From contig JAXGYO010000002.1 of assembly GCA_040772225.1 (NCBI GenBank), positions 944,448 to 1,008,447 on the forward strand: DNA of 64,000 nucleotides, read 5' to 3'. The stretch comes from Anaerolineae bacterium (GTDB taxonomy: Bacteria; Chloroflexota; Anaerolineae; UBA1429). Every line of letters begins with the position of its first letter. Positions within the stretch are counted from its first letter, which is position 1. Shown here one piece after another: positions 30,039 through 43,066 of the stretch. The notes beneath the pieces were generated by a model, which did no database searches, was not told the origin of the DNA, and saw only the letters and a program-made list of their open reading frames with translations. The translations under genes were made by a program, and so were the position numbers.

Positions 30039-30854
30039 CTAAGTGTGGCTTGGGCCGATAACCGTGCCCCGGCCAGCCATCGCCTCCGTGACCGGAGATG
30101 GGATTCGGGCATCGCCAAAGACAACCCGGCCGATGCCGTCATTGAGCGCCTCTATAGCCCCGAGCACCTTGATGCGCATGCGTCCTTCGGCGTGCGCCAT
30201 CATCTCCTCCGCGCGCGCAGGTTCAATGTGCGGGATCAGCGTGCTTTCGTCGGGGAAATCCCGCAACAGCCCGGGCACATTGGACAGGATGATCAACTGC
30301 TCAGCCCCGAGGGCCGCGGCAATACGCGCCGCAGCACGGTCGCCGTCGACATTGATCGCGACCCCGTCGGTGCTGATGCCCGGAGGTGAGATCACCGGCA
30401 AATAGCCGTTCTCGAGCAGCAGACTCAAGAGCCCTGCATTGACCGTCTCCACCGTTCCGGTATAGTCGTCTCGTATGACCATCCGGCGCCCACGCTGCAT
30501 CACCTTGAGCGCATCCTTGCGCCGGCCTTCGAGCAGACGTCCATCAATGCCGGAGAGCCCCACGGCGTTTACCCCGAGGGATTGCAGCCGTTCAACGATC
30601 CCCTTGTTCACCTCGCCACAATACACCATCTCAAAGATGCGCAGTGTCTCGCGATCCGTCCTACGGCTGGTATAGCCCGATATCGAGGTGACAAACTCGG
30701 GCGGATGCCCCAGGGCTGTAGCCACCTCGTTGGTGCGGTGGGACCCGCCATGCACCAGCACCAGTTGCGTGCCAGCACGGACCAGCTCGGCGACATCTGT
30801 GCACACGGCATCCAGGTCGATCCCTTCGCTCCCCCCTACTTTGACGACGATCAT
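30039..30854 (-). CDS. lysZ: [LysW]-aminoadipate kinase (amino-acid kinase family, ArgB-like)
   Basis: AAK fold (VVKVGG). Genomic context places it in the LysW cluster. RBS GGAGG. Confidence 0.8.
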   Translation of the reverse strand: MIVVKVGGSEGIDLDAVCTDVAELVRAGTQLVLVHGGSHRTNEVATALGHPPEFVTSISGYTSRRTDRETLRIFEMVYCGEVNKGIVERLQSLGVNAVGLSGIDGRLLEGRRKDALKVMQRGRRMVIRDDYTGTVETVNAGLLSLLLENGYLPVISPPGISTDGVAINVDGDRAAARIAAALGAEQLIILSNVPGLLRDFPDESTLIPHIEPARAEEMMAHAEGRMRIKVLGAIEALNDGIGRVVFGDARIPSPVTEAMAGRGTVIGPSHT

Positions 30855-30867
30855 CGCCAACCTCCTG

Positions 30868-31929
30868 TCACACCGGGTGCAGGCCGGGAAAGCCCAGCCC
30901 AAGTGACTCATCAAACCCGTACATGATGTTCATGCACTGCACCGCAGTGCCTGCCGCGCCCTTCATCAGATTGTCGATGGCGGCGATAGCGACGATGCGC
31001 CCGCTTTCGGGATCATAGTCAAAGCCCACCTCGGCATAGTTGCTCCCCGCAAGAATCTTGGGCTCGGGGTAGCGGTAGACCCCCTGACGCTCACGGACGA
31101 TACGCACAAAGGGCTCTTTCCCATAGGCGCCGCGGTAAGCCTTCCACAACCCCATTACATCCAGACTGCCGCGGCACTCCGGCGCCGCAAAGACGTGCGC
31201 CGTAGCCAACACCCCGCGCACCAGTTCCACTGAGGTCACCGACATGTGCACCGGCACGTGCAAGCCCGTCCGGGCGAGGGCCTGCTCCACCTCTGCGGTG
31301 TGGCGGTGTCCGGTGGGTGCGAAAGAGCGCACGACATGGCTGCGATCGGGATGATGCGACGAGGGCCCGGCTGAGGCCCCGCCCTCGGAGGATCCCGCCT
31401 TGACCTCGACAATCACCCCGCGCTCCGCATCCGCCAGGCCGGACTGGAACAACGGCCAGACAGCGAGGTTCGTCGCGGTGGCATTGCATCCCACACCGCT
31501 GACATAGCGTGCGCCCGAGATGGCGTCTCTGTTGATCTCTGGCAAGCCATAAACGAACCGTTCCAGCCAGGCGGGTGCAGGGTGCGCACCTTCGTACCAA
31601 CGCGCATAGTCCGCCGGGTCGCGCAGTCTAAAGTCGGCCGAAAGATCGATGATCCGCTCAGCCAGTCCGGCAAACTGATCGATACGACTGGCCGTCTCAC
31701 CGTGCGGCAGCGCCAGAAAGAGCAGGTCACACGGCTCGAGCAGTTCCAGCGGCGTAAACTTGAGCCGGGTGGAACTCCGCAGGTTCGGGTGTCGTGAGTG
31801 CACAAAGCGCCCGGCCGAGCTCTCAGAGGTGACCTGAGCGATCTCGACCTCGGGGTGAAACAGCAGCAGCCGTAACAACTCGCCGCCGGCGTAGCCTGAC
31901 CCGCCAACAATGGATACTCTGATGGTCAT
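30868..31929 (-). CDS. lysY: [LysW]-aminoadipyl-phosphate reductase (ArgC-like N-acetyl-gamma-glutamyl-phosphate reductase family)
   Basis: ArgC motifs ([13 protein letters not shown] active-site Cys). Confidence 0.85.
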   Translation of the reverse strand: MTIRVSIVGGSGYAGGELLRLLLFHPEVEIAQVTSESSAGRFVHSRHPNLRSSTRLKFTPLELLEPCDLLFLALPHGETASRIDQFAGLAERIIDLSADFRLRDPADYARWYEGAHPAPAWLERFVYGLPEINRDAISGARYVSGVGCNATATNLAVWPLFQSGLADAERGVIVEVKAGSSEGGASAGPSSHHPDRSHVVRSFAPTGHRHTAEVEQALARTGLHVPVHMSVTSVELVRGVLATAHVFAAPECRGSLDVMGLWKAYRGAYGKEPFVRIVRERQGVYRYPEPKILAGSNYAEVGFDYDPESGRIVAIAAIDNLMKGAAGTAVQCMNIMYGFDESLGLGFPGLHPV

Positions 31930-32780
31930 GCCTCTCTCCCTCCAACCTCCAGCACATAGTCCACCATGCGCCCAGGAATATCCACCCCTGTGGTGTCAAT
32001 GCTGTTCCGAAACTCCATCGTATAGTTCACCTCGCAGACGGTGAGCTCCCCCTGCGCATTCTCCAACAGGTCGATGGCCACCACGCCACCTCCGACCGCC
32101 TGGGCCGCAGCCCGGGAAAGCGCGTCGATCTCTGGCGTAACCGGGCAGTTGGCTGCCCGTCCGCCCCGGGCCGTATTCGTGATCCAGTGATCGGAAAAGC
32201 GATAGATCGCGCAGATCGTCTCATCGCCCACCACAAAGGAACGAATGTCTCGCTGGGGCTTGTCGATGTACTCCTGAATATAAAAGATCGCGTGGTGATA
32301 GGATCCCAGCACCTTCTTGTGCTCGAGGACGGCCTCCGCCGCCTCGCGGTCATTGATCTTGGCGATCAGACGTCCCCACGAGCCAACGGCCGGCTTGAGC
32401 ACGACGGGATAGCCCAGCGTCTCGATGGCCTCCAATGCCGATTCAGGCGTATAGGCCATCAGCGTCCGGGGCGTGGGAACGCCACTCTGAACCAGCGCCA
32501 GCGACGTGCTGAACTTGTTGCCGCACACATCGGCCACGTGGGCGGTGTTCACCGTAGGTACGCCCCAGGCATTCAGCATCTGCAGGGTGTACAGGGCGCG
32601 CGAGTGGTTGATGCAGCGCTCCAGCACCACATCGTAACTCTGTAGCTCCGGGTTTCCGTCGATAGGCAAGATCAGTGCGCGGTCATCGATGAGATCGACC
32701 GCCTGCCCGTGCGCCTGGAACGCCTCCACGAGCAGCTTTTCTTCCACGCGCACACGGGATACCAGCATTCCGACTCTCAT
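31926..32780 (-). CDS. lysX: Alpha-aminoadipate-LysW ligase (RimK-type ATP-grasp)
   Basis: ATP-grasp RimK-like, about 284 aa, cluster context. Confidence 0.85.
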   Translation of the reverse strand: MRVGMLVSRVRVEEKLLVEAFQAHGQAVDLIDDRALILPIDGNPELQSYDVVLERCINHSRALYTLQMLNAWGVPTVNTAHVADVCGNKFSTSLALVQSGVPTPRTLMAYTPESALEAIETLGYPVVLKPAVGSWGRLIAKINDREAAEAVLEHKKVLGSYHHAIFYIQEYIDKPQRDIRSFVVGDETICAIYRFSDHWITNTARGGRAANCPVTPEIDALSRAAAQAVGGGVVAIDLLENAQGELTVCEVNYTMEFRNSIDTTGVDIPGRMVDYVLEVGGREA

Positions 32781-33784
32781 GATGACGATTCCTCCAGCAC
32801 TTGAATAGTCGCCCTGGTCACTTGCTTCGTCTGGGCCTGCCCACCCAGATCGGGTGTCCGCGGTCCCTCACGCAGCACGCGCTCCATAGCTCCGCGCAGC
32901 CTGGCTGCTGCGTCGTTTCGTTCCATATAGTCCAATAGCATCGCCACGGCTCCGAAGGCTCCCATCGGGTTGGCGATGCCCCTTCCTGCAATATCCGGTG
33001 CAGAGCCGTGAACGGGCTCAAAGACCGCGCAGTGTGCGCCGACATTGGCCGAGGGCGCCAACCCAAGGCCGCCCACCAGCGCGGCGGCCTCATCGGAGAG
33101 AATGTCGCCAAACAGGTTCGTTGTGACCAGCACGTCAAAATCCTCAGGGGCCTGAATCAGACGCATCGCCGCCGCATCGACCAGTTGTTCATCCACGGCC
33201 AGGTCCGGGTACTCGGCCACTACCTCCAACGCCACCTCCCGGAACAGCCCGCATGTCGCGCGCAGCACATTGGCCTTGTGCACGATCGTCAGGTGCCGGC
33301 GGCGGCTCATGGCGAGCCGCGCCGCCTTTCTCACAATGCGCTCCGAGCCTGCCCGGGTGATCACCCGCTCGGTGACGGCCCGATCCCCTTCCCGGCGTTC
33401 GATCCCGGCATACAGGCCTTCGCTGTTCTCGCGCACGATCAGCATATCGATCCCCGGTCGCGAGCCCGGCACCGGCTGAGAGAGCACCGGCCGCAGGTTG
33501 GCATACAGGTCGAAATGCCGGCGCAGCCCTACAATCGGTGAACGATACCCCTCGGCAGGCCCGGAGGGCGACGACACTGCGCCAAAGAGCGTGGCATCCG
33601 CCGCACCGACGGCTTCCAGCGTGGTATCCGGCAGCGCCGTTCCCATACGCTGGTAGGTTCCCCAGCCGGCCTCGGCTGCCGAGAACTGGATGTCGGGGCA
33701 GAGTACCGCAAGAACCCGCGCCGCCGCCGGAACGACCTCCTGACCGATGCCGTCGCCCTCGATCAGGCAGACGACCGGACTCAT
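32777..33784 (-). CDS. Homoisocitrate/3-isopropylmalate dehydrogenase family
   Basis: IDH/IMDH family signature (NLFGDILSD). Confidence 0.85.
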   Translation of the reverse strand: MSPVVCLIEGDGIGQEVVPAAARVLAVLCPDIQFSAAEAGWGTYQRMGTALPDTTLEAVGAADATLFGAVSSPSGPAEGYRSPIVGLRRHFDLYANLRPVLSQPVPGSRPGIDMLIVRENSEGLYAGIERREGDRAVTERVITRAGSERIVRKAARLAMSRRRHLTIVHKANVLRATCGLFREVALEVVAEYPDLAVDEQLVDAAAMRLIQAPEDFDVLVTTNLFGDILSDEAAALVGGLGLAPSANVGAHCAVFEPVHGSAPDIAGRGIANPMGAFGAVAMLLDYMERNDAAARLRGAMERVLREGPRTPDLGGQAQTKQVTRATIQVLEESSS

Positions 33785-34278
33785 CGGCTCGCCTCCACCG
33801 GCAGACGCCCGTGGTTGAGATAGTACTGGACGATCCCGCCCTCTGCCCAGGCAGTCCGCAACCAGTCAGGCTGCGCGGGCAGCGATAGCCATGTGTCATC
33901 GACCCGCAACCCGGGCCGAGCCAGATCCAATTCCACCTGCTGTCGATCAGTTACCTGTTCCCGCACATCAGCTTGAATCAAGGTCAGTCCCAGGTTGAGG
34001 CTGTTTCGGAAAAAGATCCGTGCAAAGCTCGGGGCGATAATGGCCGCGATGCCCACCACGTACAGGGCACGGGGCGCATACTCGCGCGAGGACCCGCACC
34101 CAAAGTTGCGCCCCGCTACGATCACGTCCCCGGGCCGCACCTCCTGCGCAAACTCGGGACGCGCTTCAATGAACGGATACCTGCCCAGCTCCGACTCTGC
34201 ATTCATGTACGGCGCGTAGCGCCCTGGCACGATCTGATCGGTGTCGACATCATCCCCAAAGACCCAAACGGTAGCCAT
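33781..34278 (-). CDS. Homoaconitase/3-isopropylmalate dehydratase small subunit
   Basis: LeuD-like aconitase swivel domain. Confidence 0.85.
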   Translation of the reverse strand: MATVWVFGDDVDTDQIVPGRYAPYMNAESELGRYPFIEARPEFAQEVRPGDVIVAGRNFGCGSSREYAPRALYVVGIAAIIAPSFARIFFRNSLNLGLTLIQADVREQVTDRQQVELDLARPGLRVDDTWLSLPAQPDWLRTAWAEGGIVQYYLNHGRLPVEASR

Positions 34279-34287
34279 GCTTGCCTC

Positions 34288-36858
<2,571 letters not shown>

Positions 36859-36933
36859 GACTCTCCCCCCTTTCTGTTTTCGATCTGCCATCACCGGGGC
36901 GACACTGCGGGTCCGGACACGATGGCTAAGCAT

Positions 36934-36969
36934 GAAAAAAAGAGCGGCCCCCTGGTCTGGGAGCCGCTC
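36934..36969 (-). terminator. Attenuator terminator immediately upstream of lysW (GAGCGGCUCCCAGACCAGGGGGCCGCUC plus U7)
   Basis: Read on the minus strand: 8-bp GC stem then UUUUUUU, ending 75 nt before the lysW ATG. Confidence 0.6.
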
Positions 36970-37005
36970 TAGTTTCCGGGTACCTCGGTTCGAGGTATGA
37001 GCAAG

Positions 37006-37098
37006 CTAGCCTGACCAGAGGTCGGCTTGATCCTTCTTGCTCTTCTTGCTGAGGGACAGGGCACCCGCCCCTCGAATGATCTGTTCGCGTTGTAGCAT
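37006..37098 (-). CDS. Candidate lysine-codon leader peptide (30 aa: [30 protein letters not shown])
   Basis: Short ORF ending 40 nt upstream of the attenuator terminator and containing a KKSKK cluster (AAG AAG AGC AAG AAG). A second hairpin (UACCUCG-AAC-CGAGGUA) lies between the peptide stop and the terminator. RBS is weak. Confidence 0.4.
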   Translation of the reverse strand: MLQREQIIRGAGALSLSKKSKKDQADLWSG

Positions 37099-37246
37099 TC
37101 TATACACCGCAGGGATCGTACTGGTCTTCGAACCGATGGAAGCGACTATATCATGGGTGCTGTGGGGTGTCAAACGCGCCTGAGCGACCTGCTGCACGTA
37201 TGGCGATTTGCCTAACCGGTGGGATAATCGTATAATGTCGTCAGTT

Positions 37247-37323
37247 CGGGGCGTAGCGCAGCCCGGTAGCGCACTTGAATGGGGTTCAAGTGGTCGGACG
37301 TTCAAATCGTCTCGCCCCGACCA
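37247..37323 (+). tRNA. tRNA-Pro (anticodon GGG)
   Basis: Manual fold: acceptor CGGGGCG/CGCCCCG, D-arm GCGC/GCGC, anticodon arm CUUGA-AUGGGGU-UCAAG (anticodon GGG), 5-nt variable loop, T-arm GGACG-UUCAAAU-CGUCU, discriminator A, encoded CCA. TATAAT at 37231-37236 lies 10 nt upstream. Confidence 0.85.
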
Positions 37324-37326
37324 GAG

Positions 37327-37358
37327 GGAGCCAGCCGTGAGGTTGGCTCCTTTTGCTT
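37327..37358 (+). terminator. Intrinsic terminator after tRNA-Pro
   Basis: GGAGCCAGCC-GUGA-GGUUGGCUCC followed by UUUUG. Confidence 0.6.
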
Positions 37359-37395
37359 TGCGCAGTCACCTGAACGTCGCACGGGAGTTTGGGTC

Positions 37396-37464
37396 AGCGC
37401 CGCAGCCTCGTAGTGCACTTGAGTGGTCAAGTGAGCGGACGCTCAAATCGTCTCGCCCCGACCA
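37396..37464 (+). pseudogene. Degenerate partial copy of tRNA-Pro (D-arm to 3' CCA, lacking 5' acceptor strand and 3 nt of the anticodon loop)
   Basis: About 80% identity to tRNA-Pro positions 10-76 plus about 17 nt of its 3' flank (GACCAGAGGGAGCCAGC). Anticodon loop reduced to GUGG; no 5' CGGGGCG partner. Confidence 0.6.
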
Positions 37465-37608
37465 GAGGGAGCCAGCGGCGAGCACTCTCTCCGATTCCCC
37501 CCCAAAGCGCCTGCCGCACCCATCCGATGAATAGGTACGAGGCCGCCGGGGTGGTATAATCCTTGCCATATGTTACCATTTCGACCACCCCGACAGGATG
37601 TGTTTTCC

Positions 37609-38409
37609 ATGCTCATCGATCTCCACGTTCACACCGATCGCTACTCGCTTTGCGGGCGCTCGTCGCCCGAGGCGATGATCGAGCGCGCTGCCGCCGTTGG
37701 CATCTCGGCGCTCGTGTTCACAGAGCACAACGTGCACTGGCCCGCGGATGAGCTGGCGCAGCTTCAGGCGGCATACCCCGCCGTGCGGCTCTACTGCGGC
37801 ACGGAGCTCACCTCAGACGAGGGAGACGACTTTCTCGTCTATGGCCTGACCGATCGTTCCGTCGTAGGTGCGGGCATGACCGCCGAAAACATCCTGCAGA
37901 CAGCGCACAGTCAGGGTGCAGCCGTGGTGCTAGCTCACCCGTACCGCTACCGCGATGCCGTGCCGGACGCGATCTTTGACCACGGAATCGATGCCATTGA
38001 GATCATGAGCACCAACATCTACAACTACTCGCACCGGCGCGCAGTGGCGCTGGCAACCGCGCTCGGCGCCGTCACGACCGCTGCTTCCGACGGGCACCAT
38101 ATCGACATGCTCGGTCTGTATGCGCTGGAGATCGACCATCTGCCCGAGGATGAGCACACCCTCGCCGACTGCATTCGGTCTGGCGAGATGGACCTGTGGA
38201 TCGATAGCGAGCGCATCCGGGCGCAGAATGAGACCCTGCATGCCGAAATCCCACACATCGAGGGGTTCATCGCCCAGGGGCTGAGCAACCAGGCGCTGCG
38301 CGAGCGCCTCGAAACTTATGTCAACCTAACGGTGATCCAGGGCGTGCGTGACGGGCGAGACGTTATGCGTCCATGGCAAATCCCCGCCCCCCTCACGGTC
38401 GGCCGCTAG
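37609..38409 (+). CDS. PHP-domain metal-dependent phosphoesterase
   Basis: PHP motifs (IDLHVHT, FTEHN, LAHP). Start could also be the ATG at 37570. Confidence 0.75.
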   Translation: MLIDLHVHTDRYSLCGRSSPEAMIERAAAVGISALVFTEHNVHWPADELAQLQAAYPAVRLYCGTELTSDEGDDFLVYGLTDRSVVGAGMTAENILQTAHSQGAAVVLAHPYRYRDAVPDAIFDHGIDAIEIMSTNIYNYSHRRAVALATALGAVTTAASDGHHIDMLGLYALEIDHLPEDEHTLADCIRSGEMDLWIDSERIRAQNETLHAEIPHIEGFIAQGLSNQALRERLETYVNLTVIQGVRDGRDVMRPWQIPAPLTVGR

Positions 38410-38448
38410 AGACCTGGGACGCTGCACCACGACGCGTGCCGGCCTTTA

Positions 38449-39855
38449 CTACGTCAGGCCGGCAGTTACCCAGGGCTCGGGCAGAGCTCTCCTGATCTCC
38501 GAGAGTCGGTAGCCCATCCCGGGGCCTTGTACGCTGGAGAGTTCGACCTGCCCCTGTCGCCGCCGGTAGAGTCCGGGATGTACCGCAGCCTCCGGGAGGG
38601 ACGCGTCAGGGTAGAACTGCATCGCGTTGGTCTCGACACCCATGATGGTCCCGGCGTGCGCCGCCAGCGACAGATGCGGGATCTGCGCCAGCATAGGATT
38701 GGTCAAGTCCTGCACCATCAGCGTCATACCATGCGCACGTGCCCAGGCCAGCGACAGCAGCGCCCCCGAGAGTGTCTTGCAGGTCTTGAGCGCGACGCCT
38801 GTCCACCCCAGCTCCCGCCCCAGACGCACGAGACGCCAGTCATGGGCGCTTTCGTCCATAAACAGCGGCTTGCGGGCCGACACAGCGTGCACATCTATCC
38901 TGTGACGCTCCAGCTCATAGGGAAAAGGCTGCTCCACATACAGAAGATGCGCGAACACCTCGGGCTCGTCCTGCAGCAGCCGGTCCAGGATCTCTGTCAC
39001 ATAGGCTGGATCGGTCACGGTGCAATTAAAGTCCGCGGAGAGCCACTGAACACCACATTGCCGGCCGATCTGCCATACCTTGACGAGACGGGCATAGTCC
39101 CAGACGTCATCGTCGCCACGCAGCTTGACCTTGAGACAGCGCAGCCCATCTCGCACGATCCAATCGGCAAGCAGCACCGGATGCCCGTCGTCTGGCTCGG
39201 CCCCCGTCAGGTCCTCACGCGCCAACGGATCAAGGCCGCCCACCAAATGCCAGGCCACAAGTGATGCCGTCCGCGGCCGGATCAGATAGTCCCCCGGATA
39301 ACGCTTCCGAAAGCGTACGTGTTCATCAGCATCCGAGCCCATCAGCGAGGCGAGATCGGCACTCATGTACGGCACACGATAGCTTTGCCAGCAGGAAATG
39401 CCGTGCAAGCAACCAAAGGCATCGTGGAGAGCGATATCGAAAGAGGCACAACACAGCAGCGCGGCCAGCCAGGGAATCTGCTCCTGCTCTGGCCTGGCAG
39501 CATTCGCGGCCTCCAGGACACCGGAAAGCACATCGGCCTCGAATCTGGTCCAGAGTTCAATGGGGTGCCCATATTCGCCCAAAGTGCTCCAGGCTGAGGC
39601 GAGACGCTCGATCAACTCCAGCAGGGCGCGATAGCGCACCGCATAGTCAGCTTTCCCCGGCCACACCCACTGCACGCTGAGCGGAGTTTCGCCCCAGCCC
39701 ACCGCAGTCCTCCCCTGCCGGTCGCGCACTGTCAGCGCCACCCGCACACAGGTGACGCTGGTGAGCACCTCGGCGCCGAACTTGAGCGGTACGCGCGTCT
39801 CCACTGGTAGCAGATATATTCGAGTTCCTACAGGGCGCACATCAGTCTGCCTCAT
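38449..39855 (-). CDS. Enolase-superfamily protein, muconate-lactonizing-enzyme subgroup
   Basis: KxK (LKVKL), DxN (DFN), EQP and DES metal ligands, second-strand-6 Lys (LKTCK). RBS GGAGAG before ATG 39855 (39867 is also possible). Confidence 0.6.
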   Translation of the reverse strand: MRQTDVRPVGTRIYLLPVETRVPLKFGAEVLTSVTCVRVALTVRDRQGRTAVGWGETPLSVQWVWPGKADYAVRYRALLELIERLASAWSTLGEYGHPIELWTRFEADVLSGVLEAANAARPEQEQIPWLAALLCCASFDIALHDAFGCLHGISCWQSYRVPYMSADLASLMGSDADEHVRFRKRYPGDYLIRPRTASLVAWHLVGGLDPLAREDLTGAEPDDGHPVLLADWIVRDGLRCLKVKLRGDDDVWDYARLVKVWQIGRQCGVQWLSADFNCTVTDPAYVTEILDRLLQDEPEVFAHLLYVEQPFPYELERHRIDVHAVSARKPLFMDESAHDWRLVRLGRELGWTGVALKTCKTLSGALLSLAWARAHGMTLMVQDLTNPMLAQIPHLSLAAHAGTIMGVETNAMQFYPDASLPEAAVHPGLYRRRQGQVELSSVQGPGMGYRLSEIRRALPEPWVTAGLT

Positions 39856-39933
39856 CCATCTCTCCATTTCTTGAGGACCTCGTCCAGCGGCAAGTGTCTC
39901 AACCTCGACCGCCAGCGCGACCCGGAGGTGCGC

Positions 39934-40728
39934 CTAGGCACCTGCAAGCAGATGGCGCGCATAGGCGGCATCCTCCGCAATCAGGCGGTCAACCGCGCTG
40001 GCATCGCTGTATTCTGCGGTGAGACAGATAACCCCGCTGTAGCCGCTGCTCTGGAGTAACCGGACCACCTCATCCCAACGGGCCAGGCCGGCCTGCCCGC
40101 CCGTCCAAGCAACCTCCCAGGCCTGCCCGGTGGCGCCGCAGTCGCCCTTGCGTCGCCAATACCCGTTCTTCAGATTTACCATCCCCAGACGCGGCGCGAT
40201 GACATCCAGCGCGTACTGCGGAGCCAATCCCGCCAAGGCCTCGTGCGCGGCATCCCAGACCGCAACAAAGACGGCTGGGTCGAGATCAGAGAGCAGGGCT
40301 CGCAGGCCCAGTGCATTGGGGACGAACGAACCAGCGTGATTCTGAATTCCCAGCCGGACGCCTGCACTGGCCAGCGCAGGCCCCAGGCGGGCATATTCCG
40401 CCCGCAACCTGATCTCCGCATCCGTGTAGCGTTCGCCGGGAAGGACGCGGGCCATGTCGCGGATCAGCGGGACTCCGGCGCGAGCGCAGGCATCGACGAT
40501 ACCGTGCTCCGGAGTGCTGGCGACGCTGGCCACACTGATGCCGCTCTCTGCCAGAATGCGCACGGCATCCGGCAGGAGAGTGCCCGCACGCTCCGGAGGG
40601 ACCTGGTAACCGGGCCGTATTGGCAACTCAATCGCCTGAAAGCCCAAGCGACAGACCAGCGTGCCCAGTTGGCGCAAAGGTAACTCCCGCCAGGGCTTGG
40701 TGAACACGGAAAGCGTATTAGCAGCCAT
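39934..40728 (-). CDS. Sugar phosphate isomerase/epimerase (xylose isomerase-like TIM barrel)
   Basis: XI-like TIM barrel. RBS GGAGG before ATG 40728; the 116-aa N-extension of the track ORF was rejected. Confidence 0.7.
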   Translation of the reverse strand: MAANTLSVFTKPWRELPLRQLGTLVCRLGFQAIELPIRPGYQVPPERAGTLLPDAVRILAESGISVASVASTPEHGIVDACARAGVPLIRDMARVLPGERYTDAEIRLRAEYARLGPALASAGVRLGIQNHAGSFVPNALGLRALLSDLDPAVFVAVWDAAHEALAGLAPQYALDVIAPRLGMVNLKNGYWRRKGDCGATGQAWEVAWTGGQAGLARWDEVVRLLQSSGYSGVICLTAEYSDASAVDRLIAEDAAYARHLLAGA

Positions 40729-40830
40729 GAAAACCTCCAGCATAGGTAGCAGCTCCAGTGTAACACAGTTGTCTCGATAGAACTCGCGCAAGGGCCGGAC
40801 CAGTAACAGAGAAAAAAGTCCCGCTGACGT

Positions 40831-40859
40831 TTGACACCCGTCTGGTTCACTTGTATGAT
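40831..40859 (+). promoter_or_regulatory. Consensus-like sigma70 promoter (TTGACA-17-TATGAT) for the pyrophosphatase gene
   Basis: Read directly from sequence. Implies a 5' UTR of about 170 nt. Confidence 0.45.
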
Positions 40860-41033
40860 GCCTGCGAGCATGTTGTCCGCTGCACGATGGCCCTGCCTGA
40901 GAATATGAACAAATACCTCCCAGGGGGTCGTTTTGTGTAAGCCCGGCATCCTCAGACCCTTGGTGTGTCCATTGGTGAGCCATGCCCGCAACGCAGGCCG
41001 CCAACCATATATTACTGTTCCAGGGGAGGGAAA

Positions 41034-43055
41034 ATGCTTGTCTGGGAAATCGTAGCGCTAGTCGCTGGCCTGGCATCCGTTGGTGTTGCCGCCTACATCT
41101 ACTTCTGGGTCGTAAGACAGGAAGTCGGCAATCCCGACGTCGCCAAGTACTCGGAACTGGTTCAGGAAGGTGCGGCCACCTACCTGAAACGGCTGTTCCA
41201 GGTGCTGGCCATCCTGGTAGCCGTCCTGACTGTCATCATGCTGATCGCCTTTGATTGGCGCCACGCGCTGGCCTTTATTCTTGGTGCTGCGTGCTCGGCG
41301 GCAGCCGCCTGGGCCGGCATGGTGATCGCCACCAAGGCCAATGCGCGCGTCGCGTGGGCCGCCCGCTCCGGCTTGCAGAAGGCCCTTAATGTGGGCTTTT
41401 ACTCGGGAGCGGTGATGGGTCTGGCCGTCGTGGGTTTTGCCCTCATCGGCATGACGATCCTGTACATGATTTTCAAGGATCCCGATGTCGTGCTGGGCTT
41501 TAGCTTTGGCGCCAGCACACTGGCACTCCTGGCCAAGGCCGGCGGCGGCATCTACACCAAGACGGCCGACATCGGCGCCGACCTCGTGGGCAAAGTCGAG
41601 TTCCATCTGGTTGAGGATGATCCCCGCAACCCGGCCGTCGTGGCCGACAACGTCGGTGACAACGTCGGTGACGTGGCTGGAATGGGCGCTGATATTTTTG
41701 ACTCGTACGTCGCCAGTGTGGTCTCGGTCATGCTACTCGGCGCAGTCCTGCCGCAGTTCGCTGACAATCCCATATACATCCTGTTCCCGCTGGTGCTGTG
41801 CGCTGCGGGCATCTTTGCCTCACTCATCGGTATGGTCTTTGTTGGTCGCTCGAAAGAGGCCGAGGATCCCGGACGCGCTCTTAACATGGGGACCATCGTA
41901 ACATCCATCGTCTTTGCCGTTTTCGCCCTGATTGTGGTGAACGTCCTGGACTTTGGCGAGAACACCTGGGGTGTCTTCTGGCCGGTGCTCGCTGGACTGG
42001 CCGCCGGCATCGTTATCGGCTTTACTTCTGACTTTTTCACAGACATCGATCAAAAGTCGGTCCAGAACACGGCTGCTGCAGCAGAGACGGGACCCGCCCT
42101 GGTTATCCTGGAGGGTTTCTCCTACGGCCTGTTGAGCATCGTTCCCTCCATCATCGGCATCTGTGTCGCCATGGTCGCCTCCTGGTTGCTGGCGGTCCAG
42201 TTCGGGGTTCCCGGCACCTATGGTGTCGCCATCGCGGCCGTCGGCATGCTCTCCATCACGGGCATGATCATGTCCTCTGATGCGTATGGCCCCATTGTCG
42301 ATAACGCCAAGGGGTGCGCCGAGTTTGGCAAAGAGTCCGAAGAGGTCATCGCCGTGTGCGACCGGCTCGACGCAGCAGGTAACACAGCCAAGGCCATCAC
42401 CAAGGGCTTTGCCATCGGTGCCGCGGCGCTGACAGTGCTGGCCCTGTTCTCTGCCTACTCCGAGACTGTCGGCCTCGCCGTTCTGGATATTCGGAATCCC
42501 GGCGTTATCGTGGGCGTGTTTATCGGCGCCATGATGCCCCCGCTCTTTAGCGCCATGCTCATGCTCTCGGTGACGAAAAACGCCGGCGTCATGGTAGAAG
42601 AGATCCGCCGGCAGTTCCGTGACATACCTGGCCTGATAGAGGGCAAAGTACTGCCTGACAGCGCCAGGTGCGTGGATATCGCCGCAGCCGGGGCCCTCAA
42701 GGAACTGGTTCTGCCCGCGATTCTGGCGCTGTTCACTCCGATCCTGGTAGGCTTTTTGCTGGGCCCGGCTGCCCTGGGCGGCTTTTTGGCCGGCACCATC
42801 GTCACGGGCATTCTGTTCGCACTGCTCATGGCCAACGCAGGTGGTCTCTGGGACAATGCGAAAAAGTACATCGAAGATGGCGCGCATGGCGGCAAGGGTA
42901 CGCCCGCGCATGATGCCGCGGTCATCGGAGATACAGTTGGCGATCCGTTCAAGGACACGGCTGGACCGTCGCTCAACACGCTGATCACGGTGATGTCGCT
43001 GAGTGCCACGGTCTTTGCACCGATCATCCTCAAGTACGCTCTCTTTAGCTTCTAG
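41034..43055 (+). CDS. hppA: K+-insensitive/V-type H+-translocating pyrophosphatase
   Basis: Long polytopic membrane protein with H+-PPase conserved acidic motifs (GGGIYTKTADIGADLVGKVE, DNVGDNVGDVAGMGADIFDSY). RBS GGGGAGGG before ATG 41034. Confidence 0.9.
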   Translation: MLVWEIVALVAGLASVGVAAYIYFWVVRQEVGNPDVAKYSELVQEGAATYLKRLFQVLAILVAVLTVIMLIAFDWRHALAFILGAACSAAAAWAGMVIATKANARVAWAARSGLQKALNVGFYSGAVMGLAVVGFALIGMTILYMIFKDPDVVLGFSFGASTLALLAKAGGGIYTKTADIGADLVGKVEFHLVEDDPRNPAVVADNVGDNVGDVAGMGADIFDSYVASVVSVMLLGAVLPQFADNPIYILFPLVLCAAGIFASLIGMVFVGRSKEAEDPGRALNMGTIVTSIVFAVFALIVVNVLDFGENTWGVFWPVLAGLAAGIVIGFTSDFFTDIDQKSVQNTAAAAETGPALVILEGFSYGLLSIVPSIIGICVAMVASWLLAVQFGVPGTYGVAIAAVGMLSITGMIMSSDAYGPIVDNAKGCAEFGKESEEVIAVCDRLDAAGNTAKAITKGFAIGAAALTVLALFSAYSETVGLAVLDIRNPGVIVGVFIGAMMPPLFSAMLMLSVTKNAGVMVEEIRRQFRDIPGLIEGKVLPDSARCVDIAAAGALKELVLPAILALFTPILVGFLLGPAALGGFLAGTIVTGILFALLMANAGGLWDNAKKYIEDGAHGGKGTPAHDAAVIGDTVGDPFKDTAGPSLNTLITVMSLSATVFAPIILKYALFSF

Positions 43056-43066
43056 CCTAGTGTGCC

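Noticed and set aside
37006-37534. Two overlapping ORF-track frames (99 aa minus strand, 108 aa plus strand) over the tRNA-Pro region
   Set aside because: They overlap a structurally perfect tRNA and its terminator. Only the last 30 codons of the minus frame are retained as a candidate leader peptide.
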